A DNA stretch of 63,279 nucleotides, filler included, from 9 parts of 9 records of this genome joined end to end with filler, not necessarily neighbours in it; one strand, 5' to 3'; positions 8,972 to 19,686 are shown, numbered from the whole stretch's first letter. Notes: a model not told the origin generated them from the letters alone. Translations and numbers: made by a program.

Positions 8972-9017
8972 TTGAATAGTCCTCGTTTGTAACCGGCCCA
9001 GACGAGGATTAGAGTGG
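8972..9017. repeat. REP-like palindromic repeat, copy 1
   Basis: TTGAATAGTCCTCGTTTG...CAGACGAGGATTAGAGTGG hairpin. Confidence 0.75.
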
Positions 9018-9108
9018 TTTGGAGAGAGGATTTGTCTATATTTAAACATATAAGGTAGCTAACCACTAGCAATTCTTATCGGATTAATGTTAACCTCTCT
9101 CGGGGTAA

Positions 9109-9549
9109 ATGAAGAATATAATCAAACACATAGCTGCCTCGATTACTGGGTCATTAACTTTTCTATTACTCCTGAACTTCGACAATCTGCTGGATTTCCT
9201 CGGAATCACAGAACGAAGTGAGTTCAGGTATCCACCACATGTTGCCTTATCTGATCTATTTCTAACAATCGTATTCTTTATCCTAATTCTAATCCTGCAA
9301 CTATCACTTGTGAATCCCATCTTTTACTACTTGAAGAGAGCTAACAAGTATACAAACAAGAACATTCTAGTCTTTGCAATAGTCTTAAGCCTGACTCTGG
9401 GTACTATTTCAGGACTAACCCTTGGAGAACAAGAATTCGGAACATCTGATCTCCTAATAACAACCGCGATGGGAATTGGAATATTCTCAATTCAATATCT
9501 CGCCAACTTTCTAACTTATCTCGGAATCGAGCGGAGTGGTTGCAAATGA
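9109..9549 (+). CDS. Hypothetical four-helix membrane protein
   Basis: 146-aa AT-rich ORF with four hydrophobic segments. Confidence 0.6.
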   Translation: MKNIIKHIAASITGSLTFLLLLNFDNLLDFLGITERSEFRYPPHVALSDLFLTIVFFILILILQLSLVNPIFYYLKRANKYTNKNILVFAIVLSLTLGTISGLTLGEQEFGTSDLLITTAMGIGIFSIQYLANFLTYLGIERSGCK

Positions 9550-9633
9550 GGGCTATAGTAGGGGGGCAGTGAGTGGTTTTATTGGAGAACCAGGCTATAT
9601 TTAAAGGTCACATAGCTATATAATGGCCACAAC

Positions 9634-9669
9634 TTGAATAGTCCTCGTTTGCAACGAGGACTAGAGTGG
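9634..9669. repeat. REP-like palindromic repeat, copy 2
   Basis: TTGAA-TAGTCCTCGTT-TGC-AACGAGGACTA-GAGTGG; perfect 11-bp stem. Confidence 0.8.
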
Positions 9670-9685
9670 CTGTTCAGGGTATCAT

Positions 9686-10105
9686 ATGAGAAGAATTTAC
9701 TACGGACTAATAATTGCATTTGTACTTCTGACTTTCATGTGGACATGCGTGACAAATATTCTTGGGGGCGCTTGTGGCAATCAAATAGTATCAGAAGGAT
9801 TTTCATCCGATAAAAAATACAAATTTGTTGTTTTTGTAAGGGATTGCGGAGCAACAACAGGATTCTCAACCCAAGTATCGATACTTAAGGTTGATGAAGA
9901 ATTTAGAGACGATGATTCAGGAAATGTTCTAACGGTTGGTGATCATTACTATGGGGAATGGTCTAATAAATATGGAGGGGCAGATGTAAAAGTAAAGTGG
10001 GTGACTAACAAGAAAATCTTAGTTCGTTTGGACAAAAAAGCTGATTTAAGAACTAAGAAAAATGAGGTTAGGGGAATTGAAATTGAATACTACAACATTG
10101 ACTAA
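9686..10105 (+). CDS. Membrane-anchored hypothetical protein (DUF5412-like)
   Basis: N-terminal TM helix; CGNQ...VFVRDCGATTGFSTQVSI motif recalled for this family. Confidence 0.6.
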   Translation: MRRIYYGLIIAFVLLTFMWTCVTNILGGACGNQIVSEGFSSDKKYKFVVFVRDCGATTGFSTQVSILKVDEEFRDDDSGNVLTVGDHYYGEWSNKYGGADVKVKWVTNKKILVRLDKKADLRTKKNEVRGIEIEYYNID

Positions 10106-10141
10106 TGATCCATTAGTCCCCACTTTCACAAAGGCCATCCC

Positions 10142-10184
10142 TTGAATGGTCCTTGTTTGTAACCGGGTCGCGTAGACGAGGACT
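10142..10184. repeat. REP-like palindromic repeat, copy 3 (contig ends inside it)
   Basis: TTGAATGGTCCTTGTTTGTAAC...AGACGAGGACT. Confidence 0.7.
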
Positions 10185-10284
10185 NNNNNNNNNNNNNNNN
10201 NNNNNNNNNNNNNNNNNNNNNNNNNNNNTTAATTAATTAANNNNNNNNNNNNNNNNNNNNNNNNNNNNNNNNNNNNNNNNNNNN
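10185..10284. other. Artificial contig linker
   Basis: N44-TTAATTAATTAA-N44; stop codons in all six frames. Confidence 0.99.
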
Positions 10285-10497
10285 GATCCTATGGGCGTGG
10301 TGACAGCATTGCCGTTTATTCTGTGATGGACCCTTTGTTCAGGACGTGGTCAAAGATGACAACACCCGTTGATCTGAACAAAAACTTCATCCAGATGCCC
10401 TCTCCACTGAGGTGGGCTATGCAAGGAAATGAAGCGCGTTTCCTGATTTCTGCAGCGAACACTGGCCCGTTGCAGAATGTCAGGACTTGAGATTGCA

Positions 10498-12108
10498 TCA
10501 AACCTCTAGCGGCATTCCGTCTCGGGCCGGGTCGGCGGCGCCGATCCATTTACCATCCTTGATCTGGATAGCATGCACGGCGGCAAGCGTGTAGCTTTGA
10601 TAGCTGCGGGCGATTTTATGGCCCATGGCCTCCAACTCATCGGTTACGAAATGGGGGATGCGGTTAACCAGATCAATCACATCGCTTGTCGCGCTTATGC
10701 GCGGGGCGGCGACAGCGTCCGTAATCGACATGCCGAAGTCCACCACATTCAGGATGACTTGCGCGATAGCCATGGTGATGGCGGTCCCGCCGGGCGCACC
10801 AAGGGCTAACATTGGCTCGCCCTTGTCGAATAAAATAGTTGGGGCCATCGCCGAAAACCGGCTTTTCCCTGGCGCAAGTGATCCCGGGCGACCGGGGCGC
10901 GGATCGAAGATATTCATACTGCCGTTATACATGAAGCCAAGGCCGGTTGTGATGGCGCCCGAGGGATACCCCAATGTATGGGTCATCGTGACGATACCGC
11001 CGGTTTCATCCATCACCGTTATATGGGTGGTGTCTTTCGATTCTTCCGGTCCGGAGTATCTTTCGACATGGACGAGAGGGCCTTTACGAATGCGATCGGC
11101 GCATTCTTTGGCGTAGCTTTTCGAATTGAGGCGATCCACCGGCACATCAATAAAATCCGGATCGCCAATAAATTTTTCCTTGTCAATGGTCGCGATCTTC
11201 ATCGCTTCGGCGACCAGGTGAAGATACTCGGCGGAATTATGCTTGAGAGCGGAGAGGTCAAAATTCTCCAGAATATTGAGGATTTCCAGCACCATCAGAC
11301 CGCCGCCGGGTGGTGTATTGGTTGCGATATCCAGCCCACGATAACTGCCCCAGAGAGGGGCCGTGGTTTTTGTCTGGTAGGAGTGCAGGTCTTCCCGGCT
11401 TAAAAGGCCACCGTTATTCGCAAAATCATCGACGATCCGCTCCGTGAGGGGGCCATCGTAGAAGGCATCGGCCCCCTGTTCAGCGATGACGGACAGGCTT
11501 TGTGCCAATCCAGGGTTTTTAATGACGGAGCCTTGCTCTTTCAACTCGCCCTTTTCGTTAAAGTACAGGTTGCGGCCATCTTCACTGAACCGGAGCTTTT
11601 CAATCATATCGACACGGCCCAGCTTGCTTTCATTCGACCGCCAATAGGTATGCATATGGGGGCGAATGGTGAAGCCTTGCCTGGCCAGGGTTATGGCGGG
11701 CTCAATAATATCTTGCCAGGACAGTTTCCCATAAGCGGAATGGATATCCCAGTACCCCTTCAGGCTTCCCGGTACAGCGACGGCCTGATAGCCGAGGTCA
11801 TTAACACGGCCTTTCAGAATGAAGCCAAAACCGTCCCGAGTTTCTCCTTCAATGAGATCGGCCCATTGGTCTTCCTTTGTCGCGGCGGGAGCCTGCGCGT
11901 GAAAATTGAGGATTTCGTGCACATCAAGCTTTGGCAAATAGACCTGCAGCGTTCCAAATCCTCCTATGCCGCACATCTGAGGATCGACGACGCCCTGGGC
12001 GAAGGCGCAGGCAACGGCTGCATCGACGCAGTTGCCGCCTTTCATCATTATCAAGGCGCCGGCTTCGACGGCTTCGGGTTGCGGGGCGACTATGAGGCCG
12101 TGTGTCAC
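10498..12108 (-). CDS. ggt: Gamma-glutamyltransferase-family (Ntn hydrolase) protein, no signal peptide
   Basis: GGNCVDAAVACAF, AVAVPG, autocatalytic Thr in DTTHITV, LGAPGG, GAADPARDG. Confidence 0.88.
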   Translation of the reverse strand: MTHGLIVAPQPEAVEAGALIMMKGGNCVDAAVACAFAQGVVDPQMCGIGGFGTLQVYLPKLDVHEILNFHAQAPAATKEDQWADLIEGETRDGFGFILKGRVNDLGYQAVAVPGSLKGYWDIHSAYGKLSWQDIIEPAITLARQGFTIRPHMHTYWRSNESKLGRVDMIEKLRFSEDGRNLYFNEKGELKEQGSVIKNPGLAQSLSVIAEQGADAFYDGPLTERIVDDFANNGGLLSREDLHSYQTKTTAPLWGSYRGLDIATNTPPGGGLMVLEILNILENFDLSALKHNSAEYLHLVAEAMKIATIDKEKFIGDPDFIDVPVDRLNSKSYAKECADRIRKGPLVHVERYSGPEESKDTTHITVMDETGGIVTMTHTLGYPSGAITTGLGFMYNGSMNIFDPRPGRPGSLAPGKSRFSAMAPTILFDKGEPMLALGAPGGTAITMAIAQVILNVVDFGMSITDAVAAPRISATSDVIDLVNRIPHFVTDELEAMGHKIARSYQSYTLAAVHAIQIKDGKWIGAADPARDGMPLEV

Positions 12109-12136
12109 GTTAGATTCTCCGGAGATGATGTTACGA

Positions 12137-12808
12137 TCAGGGTTTTATTCTGTGATTTTCGAGGAATTCGACAAGGTTATCCCGTGCGCCAAGGATATGC
12201 TCTCGCGTCAGTTTGGCGGCAAGTTCTGCATCGCCTTTTTCGCAAGCTCGCAGAATACCAAGATGCTCCTTATTTGCTTTTGGAACACCATCCGTCATGG
12301 TCAATTGCGCGCGCAAATATCGGTCTATTCGATCAAGTGCGTTGTTGATAATTGAAAGGTGGAAGGTGAGGTCGCTGTCACGATACAGCATATAATGAAA
12401 CTTGCGATTTAGCTTGCCCCATTCCATCGGGTCCTTGGTTGTGGAAAATTCAGTATAATAAATCCGGGCCTCAGCAAGCGTTTCCGGCCTGATTTTTGGA
12501 ACGGCAGCGGCGATCACGTTGCTTTCTACGAGGCTTCGAAAACTGAAGATCTCGGAAACCTCGTCAATCGATATTCCGGCGACAAAGGCGCCTTTATAGC
12601 GCTCGGTCCTTACCAGACCCTGTTGTTCAAGCCGGGAAAGGGCTTCGCGGACCGGAATCCGGCTAGTATTGAAAATGCCAGCAATCTCGTCCTGCCGCAA
12701 GGGCTCGCCGTCGGCCAGTTCTCCATTGATAATTGCGTGCCGCAATGCCTCAAACACGATGTCAGAGGCCGATGCCATCTTGCCAATATCGACAGCTTCA
12801 AGTTTCAC
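12137..12808 (-). CDS. GntR/FadR-family regulator (HypR-like position)
   Basis: Likely GTG start at 12808 behind GAGAGG; wHTH SRIPVREALSRL plus FCD domain; divergent from the hydroxyproline genes. Confidence 0.88.
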   Translation of the reverse strand: MKLEAVDIGKMASASDIVFEALRHAIINGELADGEPLRQDEIAGIFNTSRIPVREALSRLEQQGLVRTERYKGAFVAGISIDEVSEIFSFRSLVESNVIAAAVPKIRPETLAEARIYYTEFSTTKDPMEWGKLNRKFHYMLYRDSDLTFHLSIINNALDRIDRYLRAQLTMTDGVPKANKEHLGILRACEKGDAELAAKLTREHILGARDNLVEFLENHRIKP

Positions 12809-12907
12809 CTGTTTGTTCCTCTCGATTACACGCTGGCCGCAACGTCGGGCGAGTATATTCACGCTATATGCAATTTTTTATCATATATCAAACTTTTTAT
12901 ATTGAAA

Positions 12908-12919
12908 ATTGGATCCAAT
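12908..12919. promoter_or_regulatory. Candidate GntR operator
   Basis: Perfect palindrome ATTGGATCCAAT in the divergent intergenic region. Confidence 0.5.
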
Positions 12920-12986
12920 ATATTTAATCCTTTGGTGGCTTCAAGATTAGAGAGATGATTTCGTCAACAGGAAAGGTAAAAGGCTC

Positions 12987-13880
12987 ATGTGGAAAGGTGT
13001 CATCCCCGCGGTTACGACCAAATTCAAGGAAGATATTAGTCTGGATCACGCTGAAATGGAGCGTTGTTTCGCTCTTCAGATGGACGCCGGCTGTCATGGC
13101 CTGATCGCCTGCGGAACACTGGGTGAGGGAAATATGCTCACCCATGACGAGCGGCTTGAGGTGCTGAAGCTTTGCAAGCAGGCAACGGGGGACAAGCCCG
13201 CCCTGCTGACGATTTCCGAGCCTGGTGAGCGGGAGGCTTGCGCGCTTGCGAAGAGGGCGAAAGCTGCGGGCGCCGATGGTCTGATGATTGTGCCCTCGCC
13301 AATCTATCACACCAATCCGGAAGAAACGGTTGCGACGCTGAAGGCAATTGCCGCCGCAGGCGATCTGCCTGTGATGATTTATTCGAACCGGGTTGGCTAT
13401 CGGGTGGATGTCACGCCGGAAATGATGGTTCAGCTGGCGGATGACAATCATTTCGTCGCTATCAAGGAAAGTTCCGATGATATCCGTCGGACCACAGAAA
13501 TTTTTAACAGGCTGGGGGATCGTTATGACGTCTTTACCGGTGTGGATAATCTCGGTTATGAGGCTCTTTGCGTCGGCGCAGTTGGCTGGGTCGCCGGGCT
13601 GGTTGTCGCGTTTCCGCGTGAGACGGTTGCGATTTATGAACTGGTAAAGCAGGGTCGTCATGCGGAAGCCTTGAAAATCTATCGCTGGTTCCGTCCGCTG
13701 CTGGACCTTGATGTCTCAACTTTCCTTGTGCAGCAGATCAAGCTGGCGGAAGTGCTGGCAATTAATTCCAATGACCGGGTGCGCAAGCCACGGCTGCCCC
13801 TGGCGGGAGCGCATCGGTCGCGTGTCGAGAAAATTGTCCGCGATGCGCTTGCTGTCCGTCCTGCAATACCGCAGTTGTGA
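12987..13880 (+). CDS. DHDPS/NAL-family enzyme, probable delta1-pyrroline-4-hydroxy-2-carboxylate deaminase (HypD/LhpC-like)
   Basis: GTLGE, MIYSN, Schiff-base Lys in AIKESS; hydroxyproline gene context. Confidence 0.8.
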   Translation: MWKGVIPAVTTKFKEDISLDHAEMERCFALQMDAGCHGLIACGTLGEGNMLTHDERLEVLKLCKQATGDKPALLTISEPGEREACALAKRAKAAGADGLMIVPSPIYHTNPEETVATLKAIAAAGDLPVMIYSNRVGYRVDVTPEMMVQLADDNHFVAIKESSDDIRRTTEIFNRLGDRYDVFTGVDNLGYEALCVGAVGWVAGLVVAFPRETVAIYELVKQGRHAEALKIYRWFRPLLDLDVSTFLVQQIKLAEVLAINSNDRVRKPRLPLAGAHRSRVEKIVRDALAVRPAIPQL

Positions 13881-13888
13881 GGAGTGAG

Positions 13889-15319
13889 ATGGATTATCAC
13901 AATTTTATTGCGGGCGACTGGCTGGAAACAAGCCAGTCAACAGAGAACGTTAATCCGTCGGATATATCCGATATTGTCGGTGTTGCTGCAAAAGGCGATG
14001 CGGCGGACCTAGATGTGGCCATAGATACGGCGTATGCTGTCGCACCCGTCTGGGCCAAAAGTACGCCGCAGCAACGATTTGACGTGCTTGACTTTATCGG
14101 GACCGAGCTCTTGGCGCGCAAAGAGGAGCTGGGCCGTTTGCTGTCACGCGAAGAGGGTAAAACGCTCCCTGAAGGTATCGGCGAGGTCGCCCGCGCGGGG
14201 CAGATTTTCAAATTTTTCGCCGGTGAGGCGTTACGGCAGCGCGGGGATACTCTCGCGTCCGTTCGCCCGGGGATCGACGTCGATATCGCTCGGTATCCGG
14301 TCGGAGTTGTGGGGCTTATTACGCCCTGGAACTTCCCAATGGCGATTCCTGCGTGGAAAACCGCGCCAGCGCTGGCCTACGGGAATGCGGTAATATTGAA
14401 GCCGGCGGAATTGGTGCCGGGCTGTGCTTGGGCTCTGGCCGAGATTATCTCACGTTCTGGATTGCCTGTCGGTGTCTTCAATCTTGTCATGGCGCGCGGC
14501 TCTGTTGTCGGCTCCAAGCTCATTAACAGCCCCAAGATCAACGCGATTTCTTTCACCGGTTCGGTTCCGACGGGGCGCGGGATTGCCGCGGCTTGTGGTC
14601 AGCAACTGAAAAAGCTGCAGCTTGAAATGGGCGGCAAGAACCCGATGGTCGTTCTGGACGACGCTGATCTTGATCTGGCCGTGGATGCCTGCCTGAATGG
14701 AGCGTTTTTCTCCACCGGACAGCGCTGCACGGCCTCCTCTCGCCTGATCGTGACCGAGGGCATCCATGACCGTTTTGTTGCTGCCTTGTCAGAACGGATG
14801 GTAGCGCTCAAAGTCGGGGCGGCACTCGACACCGCCACCCAGATTGGGCCGGTGGTCGATGCCTCTCAGCTTGCGCAGAATATGAACTATGTCGAGATCG
14901 CGCGCCAACAGGGTGGCAAGGTTATGGGTGGCGAGCGCGTGAAGGCTGATACGGAAGGCTTCTTTATGGCGCCTGCGCTGATCACGGAAACGACGAATGA
15001 CATGCGGATCAATCGCGAGGAAGTGTTTGGTCCGGTTGCCAGCGTGGTTCGCGTGAAAGATTATGACGAAGCCCTTGCGGTGGCGAACGATACCGAATTT
15101 GGCCTGTCGTCGGGTATTTGCACGACATCGCTGAAATATGCGTCGCATTTCCGGCAGAACGCACAAGCGGGCATGGTGATGGTCAACTTGCCGACAGCCG
15201 GAGTTGACTATCATGTACCCTTTGGCGGAACAAAAGGGTCAAGTTTCGGATCGCGTGAGCAAGGCAGCTACGCCGCAGAATTCTATACAACGGTAAAAAC
15301 TGCCTATACGCTGCCCTGA
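13889..15319 (+). CDS. Aldehyde dehydrogenase, probable alpha-ketoglutaric semialdehyde dehydrogenase
   Basis: ATG 13889 behind [35 protein letters not shown]. Confidence 0.85.
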   Translation: MDYHNFIAGDWLETSQSTENVNPSDISDIVGVAAKGDAADLDVAIDTAYAVAPVWAKSTPQQRFDVLDFIGTELLARKEELGRLLSREEGKTLPEGIGEVARAGQIFKFFAGEALRQRGDTLASVRPGIDVDIARYPVGVVGLITPWNFPMAIPAWKTAPALAYGNAVILKPAELVPGCAWALAEIISRSGLPVGVFNLVMARGSVVGSKLINSPKINAISFTGSVPTGRGIAAACGQQLKKLQLEMGGKNPMVVLDDADLDLAVDACLNGAFFSTGQRCTASSRLIVTEGIHDRFVAALSERMVALKVGAALDTATQIGPVVDASQLAQNMNYVEIARQQGGKVMGGERVKADTEGFFMAPALITETTNDMRINREEVFGPVASVVRVKDYDEALAVANDTEFGLSSGICTTSLKYASHFRQNAQAGMVMVNLPTAGVDYHVPFGGTKGSSFGSREQGSYAAEFYTTVKTAYTLP

Positions 15320-15385
15320 CGGGGCTTATTTACGGAATAGGCAACGGGCCGGGTAAGCCCTCATATTGCCAGTTAGAAGGGTGCG

Positions 15386-16654
15386 ATGACGCGATTTTCA
15401 GGGATAACGGATCAACAGCCGGAAATTCTCGTGATAGGGGCCGGAATTATCGGCATTTCGGCGGCAATTGAGATGCAGGCGCGCGGGGGCAGGGTAACTG
15501 TCGTTGATCGTACCGCCGTTGCGGCCGAGGCGTCCCGCGGAAATGCCGGCGCATTTGCCTTTTCTGACGCGACACCACTGGCCTCTCCCGGCATCATGAA
15601 AAAAGCACCGAAATGGTTGCTTGATCCGCTCGGCCCCCTTTCTATTCCACTTCCTTATCTCCCCAGGATTATGCCCTGGTTGTTTCTCTTCTGGCGGGCG
15701 AGTTCTCCCGACCGGGTACAGGCCGGGATCAAGGCTCTGGTCGCTCTGATGCGTTTTTCAAAGGAGAGGCTGATTCCCTTCATGGAGAAAAGCGGCACCG
15801 ATGACATGCTGCGACAGCATGGAAACCTGCAGCTTTTTGAAAGCCGTAAAAAGTTCGATGAAACGCTTCCCTCCTGGCAGGCGCGGACCGAGCATGGCGT
15901 CAATTTCACGCATCTTTACGGTCCGGAAGAAATCGCCAGGCATCAGCCGGGCCTGGATCTGCGGTTTATTGCCGCGACTTATACGACCGACTGGTACGGG
16001 ATTACGGACCCTAAGGAATATACCGAGGCATTGGCGCGGCATTTTGAATCCCGCGGTGGCGTTATTCGCATTGCCGAAGGCTGTGCCCTCGAGTCGGACG
16101 CGCAGTCCGCGTCTCTCATCCTGAATGATGGGACAAGGCTGTCGGCGGATCATATCGTGGTTGCTGCCGGTGCCTGGTCTCATCAGCTTGCCAAGACGAT
16201 GGGCGATCGTATCCCGCTGGAAACGGAGCGGGGGTATAACACGACCTTGCCGCCAGGAGCCTTTGATCTCAAGAATCAGCTTTCTTTTGAGGAGCATGGC
16301 TTCGTTGTCACGCCCCTTGCAGGCGGTATTCGTGTCGGAGGGAGCGTCGAGCTCGGGGGCTTGAAAGCGCCGCCCAATTTCCGTCGCGCCGACGTCCTGC
16401 TTGCCAAAGCCAAAGCATTTATGCCGGACCTGAAAACTGACGGCGGGTCGCAATGGATGGGATTTCGTCCGTCCATGCCAGATTCGATCCCTGTTATTGG
16501 GCATGCGACACAGTCAAACCGCATTACATATGCGTTTGGACATGGCCATCTTGGGTTGACCCAATCGGCGGGAACAGCGGCCTTAGTGGCTGAACTCGTT
16601 TTTGGCGATAAATGCAGTATCGATATGACTCCTTATTCCCCAAGCAGATTTTAG
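15386..16654 (+). CDS. FAD-dependent D-amino acid dehydrogenase, probable D-hydroxyproline dehydrogenase (HypO-like)
   Basis: GAGIIG FAD motif, ASRGNAG, WMGFRP, GHGHLGLT; gene context. Confidence 0.8.
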   Translation: MTRFSGITDQQPEILVIGAGIIGISAAIEMQARGGRVTVVDRTAVAAEASRGNAGAFAFSDATPLASPGIMKKAPKWLLDPLGPLSIPLPYLPRIMPWLFLFWRASSPDRVQAGIKALVALMRFSKERLIPFMEKSGTDDMLRQHGNLQLFESRKKFDETLPSWQARTEHGVNFTHLYGPEEIARHQPGLDLRFIAATYTTDWYGITDPKEYTEALARHFESRGGVIRIAEGCALESDAQSASLILNDGTRLSADHIVVAAGAWSHQLAKTMGDRIPLETERGYNTTLPPGAFDLKNQLSFEEHGFVVTPLAGGIRVGGSVELGGLKAPPNFRRADVLLAKAKAFMPDLKTDGGSQWMGFRPSMPDSIPVIGHATQSNRITYAFGHGHLGLTQSAGTAALVAELVFGDKCSIDMTPYSPSRF

Positions 16655-16662
16655 GATATTCG

Positions 16663-17664
16663 ATGGCGCAACATATATTCCAATGCATAGATGGGCATAC
16701 ATGTGGCAATCCGGTCCGCGTTGTGACGACGGGCGGACCTAGGCTTGAAGGCGAGACCATGCTGGCCCGTCGTGCGCATTTTATGCGGGACTATGACTGG
16801 ATCCGCACAGGCCTGATGTATGAGCCGCGCGGTCATGATCAGATGTCGGGGACGATCCTCTATCCCTCCACTCAGGATGACTGCGACATTGCCGTCCTCT
16901 TTATTGAAACATCGGGCTGCCTGCCCATGTGCGGGCATGGCACCATTGGTACGGTCACAATTGCGATAGAGGAAGGGCTGGTTTCGCCGAAGACACCTGG
17001 AAAGCTGTGTCTTGATACTCCGGCGGGGAAGGTTATTGCCGAATATCGGATGGAGGGAAAATATGTTGAGGAAGTCAGGATAATCAATGTGCCATCGTTC
17101 CTTTATGCGAAAGGGCTGAGCGCCCCTTGCCCGGGGCTTGGAGAAATCACCGTCGATGTTGCTTATGGCGGTAATTTTTACGCAATTGTCGAGCCACAGG
17201 CGAATTATACCGATATGGCCGATTATTCGGGATCAGACCTGATCCGCTGGAGCCCGGCACTCCGAACCGCGCTGAATGAAAAACATGACTTTGTCCATCC
17301 CGAACAGCCGGACATAAAGAGCCTCACCCATATCATGTGGACAGGCAAACCGACCGCAGAAGGTGCAACGGCACGGAACGCGGTTTTTTATGGGGACAAG
17401 GCGATTGATCGCTCTCCCTGCGGTACGGGAACTTCGGCACGCATGGCGCAGCGATACGCGCGCGGGGAGCTTGCCGTCGGCGATGCCTTCATCCATGAAA
17501 GCATAATTGGCTCCCTTTTTACCGGACGCGTGGAAGGGACGGTAAAGGTGGGGGAGTTCGACGCGATTACCCCCTCCATCGGGGGATGGGCGCGCGTGAC
17601 GGGATATAATAAAATCATCATCGATGACCGGGATCCATTTGCCCATGGTTTTGTCGTTATTTAA
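16663..17664 (+). CDS. 4-hydroxyproline 2-epimerase (proline racemase family)
   Basis: Start ATG 16663; EPRGH; both catalytic Cys present (MCGH and DRSPCGTG). Confidence 0.9.
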   Translation: MAQHIFQCIDGHTCGNPVRVVTTGGPRLEGETMLARRAHFMRDYDWIRTGLMYEPRGHDQMSGTILYPSTQDDCDIAVLFIETSGCLPMCGHGTIGTVTIAIEEGLVSPKTPGKLCLDTPAGKVIAEYRMEGKYVEEVRIINVPSFLYAKGLSAPCPGLGEITVDVAYGGNFYAIVEPQANYTDMADYSGSDLIRWSPALRTALNEKHDFVHPEQPDIKSLTHIMWTGKPTAEGATARNAVFYGDKAIDRSPCGTGTSARMAQRYARGELAVGDAFIHESIIGSLFTGRVEGTVKVGEFDAITPSIGGWARVTGYNKIIIDDRDPFAHGFVVI

Positions 17665-17674
17665 GGAGAAAAGC

Positions 17675-18778
17675 ATGAAAATTACCGCGATTAAGGCCTG
17701 GCAGGTAGACCTGCCATTGAAAGAGGGACGCTATAGCTGGTCCAATGGCAATTTCGTCGAGGTTTTTGACAGCACGGTCGTTGCCGTGGAAACCGACGAA
17801 GGGTTGACCGGCTATGCGGAATGCTGCCCGCTCGGCTCCACTTACCTGCCATCCTATGCCCGGGGAGTGCGGGCCGGGCTCGAAGAACTGGCGCCGCATC
17901 TGATTGGCAAAAACCCGCTGGCGCTAAACGAGATTAACGCTTGCATGGATGCAGCCTTGCGCGGGCATCCTTACGCAAAAGCGCCGATTGACATTGCCTG
18001 CTGGGATATTCTCGGCAAGGCGACGGGTCAGCCCATCTATATGCTGCTTGGCGGGGCCATGCAGGAGGATGTTGCTTTGTACCGCGCCATCTCCCAGGAA
18101 AGCCCGGAAAAGATGGCGGCGAAGATTGCCGGTTACAGCAAGGAAGGCTACACGAAATTTCAGTTAAAGGTCGGCGGGGATGCCAATGACGACATTGACC
18201 GCATCCATGCGACGCGGGCGGTGCTGAAAAAGAGCGACCTTCTGGTTGCCGATGCCAATACCGGCTGGACGCGGCATGAGGCGGCACGGGTTGTCGGCGC
18301 GGTCGCTAATCTCGATGTCTATATTGAGCAACCCTGCATGACCTATGAGGAGTCCGTCTCAATCCGGCGGCGAACGTCACTTCCCTTTATTCTGGACGAG
18401 GTCATTGACGGGGCAGGGACCCTGGTTCGCGGTATCGCCGAGGATGCGATGGATTGCATCAACCTGAAAATCTCTAAGGTCGGCGGTCTCACGAAAGCGC
18501 GACTGATGCGCGACTTATGTGTTGCCTCCGGCATTCCGATGACCATAGAGGACACTTGGGGCGGCGATATCACGACGGCGGCCATCGCCCATCTTGCGCG
18601 CTCAACGTCTGAGGAATTTTGCTTTTCCGCGACGGATTTTAATTCCTACGGTACCGTGACAATCGCCACAGGGGCACCGCAACGAACCAACGGCCGGATG
18701 ACCGCGCCAGATACGCCAGGCCTTGGTATTACGCCCGATTTCAATGTTCTGGGCGAGCCGGTGCTCATAATCTCATAA
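17675..18778 (+). CDS. cis-3-hydroxy-L-proline dehydratase (enolase superfamily, MLE subgroup)
   Basis: Start ATG 17675 behind AAGGAG; N-terminus [23 protein letters not shown] closely resembles my recollection of the Labrenzia aggregata enzyme; KFQLKVG, DAN, EQP, DE metal ligands. Confidence 0.82.
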   Translation: MKITAIKAWQVDLPLKEGRYSWSNGNFVEVFDSTVVAVETDEGLTGYAECCPLGSTYLPSYARGVRAGLEELAPHLIGKNPLALNEINACMDAALRGHPYAKAPIDIACWDILGKATGQPIYMLLGGAMQEDVALYRAISQESPEKMAAKIAGYSKEGYTKFQLKVGGDANDDIDRIHATRAVLKKSDLLVADANTGWTRHEAARVVGAVANLDVYIEQPCMTYEESVSIRRRTSLPFILDEVIDGAGTLVRGIAEDAMDCINLKISKVGGLTKARLMRDLCVASGIPMTIEDTWGGDITTAAIAHLARSTSEEFCFSATDFNSYGTVTIATGAPQRTNGRMTAPDTPGLGITPDFNVLGEPVLIIS

Positions 18779-18825
18779 TCGAAAATTGGATATTTGTTCT
18801 GTGAGTAACCGTATAAAATGAGCGG

Positions 18826-19428
18826 TCAGTCTTTTTTAACAATCCCGTTTACGATTGATATCCAAGCGTCAATGATCTCGGATTCATGGCCATTGGTGTC
18901 TTCGATCGTACTCTGCATTGACAGGCCGCGAAGAAGACAAACTGTCAATGTCATGAGGGTATAGTGATAGCTTTCCGGGACGGAATCCGACAGTATCCGC
19001 TTCCAGATCTTTTGCCGAAGAACCGTAAACTCTCTCAATGATTTGACGATACTGTCGTGGAGCTTCTTGTCGCCGCGCCCCGCAAGCATCAATTCCAGCG
19101 AGGCGACATATTGGGGATGTCCGAAAATTTCTTTCCACAGAAAACGGATATACTCTTCAGCCGTAATTTCCTGTTCGACATTGCCGGTCGCTTCCGCGCG
19201 CTTTTGTTCCCAATCTTGCAGAAGATATTCAAACGCAGCGCTGACAAGTTCAAATTTTGTTGGAAAATGATGTGTTTGCGCGCCGCGAGATACACCTGCG
19301 CGCTTGGCGATCATCGTCGTCGTTGTTTTTTCATACCCAATTTCGGCAATTACTTCCAGGGTTGCCGAACAAAGCTTCGCCCTGGTTGTTTCAGTACGTT
19401 CAGACTGTGTTTTGCGCAGTTTCTTCAT
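18826..19428 (-). CDS. TetR-family regulator
   Basis: N-terminal HTH IAKRAGVSRGAQTHHFPTK. Confidence 0.9.
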   Translation of the reverse strand: MKKLRKTQSERTETTRAKLCSATLEVIAEIGYEKTTTTMIAKRAGVSRGAQTHHFPTKFELVSAAFEYLLQDWEQKRAEATGNVEQEITAEEYIRFLWKEIFGHPQYVASLELMLAGRGDKKLHDSIVKSLREFTVLRQKIWKRILSDSVPESYHYTLMTLTVCLLRGLSMQSTIEDTNGHESEIIDAWISIVNGIVKKD

Positions 19429-19542
19429 TCGTCGCGTGCTCTCAATTACTAATTTCTATGCTACCCATAATCATATGCTTCCAGATAAATAGCATCCCTT
19501 CAATGACAGCGTCATTTTAAATTGTAGATCACTATGACCCCA

Positions 19543-19570
19543 TTGACAAACAAAACAAATTGTTTGTTAA
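19543..19570 (+). promoter_or_regulatory. Candidate TetR operator overlapping a TTGACA -35 box
   Basis: Inverted repeat TTGACAAACAA-N6-TTGTTTGTTAA (10/11 match) between tetR and the TRAP operon. Confidence 0.55.
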
Positions 19571-19686
19571 TATTAAGGTAAGTCGGCGCAGACGGTTTGG
19601 CAATTTCTATTGCTAGCTTTGTTAGAGTGCGATGCTAAATTGGCGCGATCACACTCCAGTCCGTGAATACCTAATCTGGGAGGTCT

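Noticed and set aside
8972-10184. CRISPR array or integron attC cassette array
   Set aside because: Spacing is about 500-660 bp with whole genes between copies, loops vary, there is no RYYYAAC...GTTRRRY framing, and no cas or intI gene is visible
10229-10240. Recurrent TTAATTAATTAA as a biological repeat or CtrA-type site
   Set aside because: Always centred in N-runs; it is a synthetic six-frame stop linker
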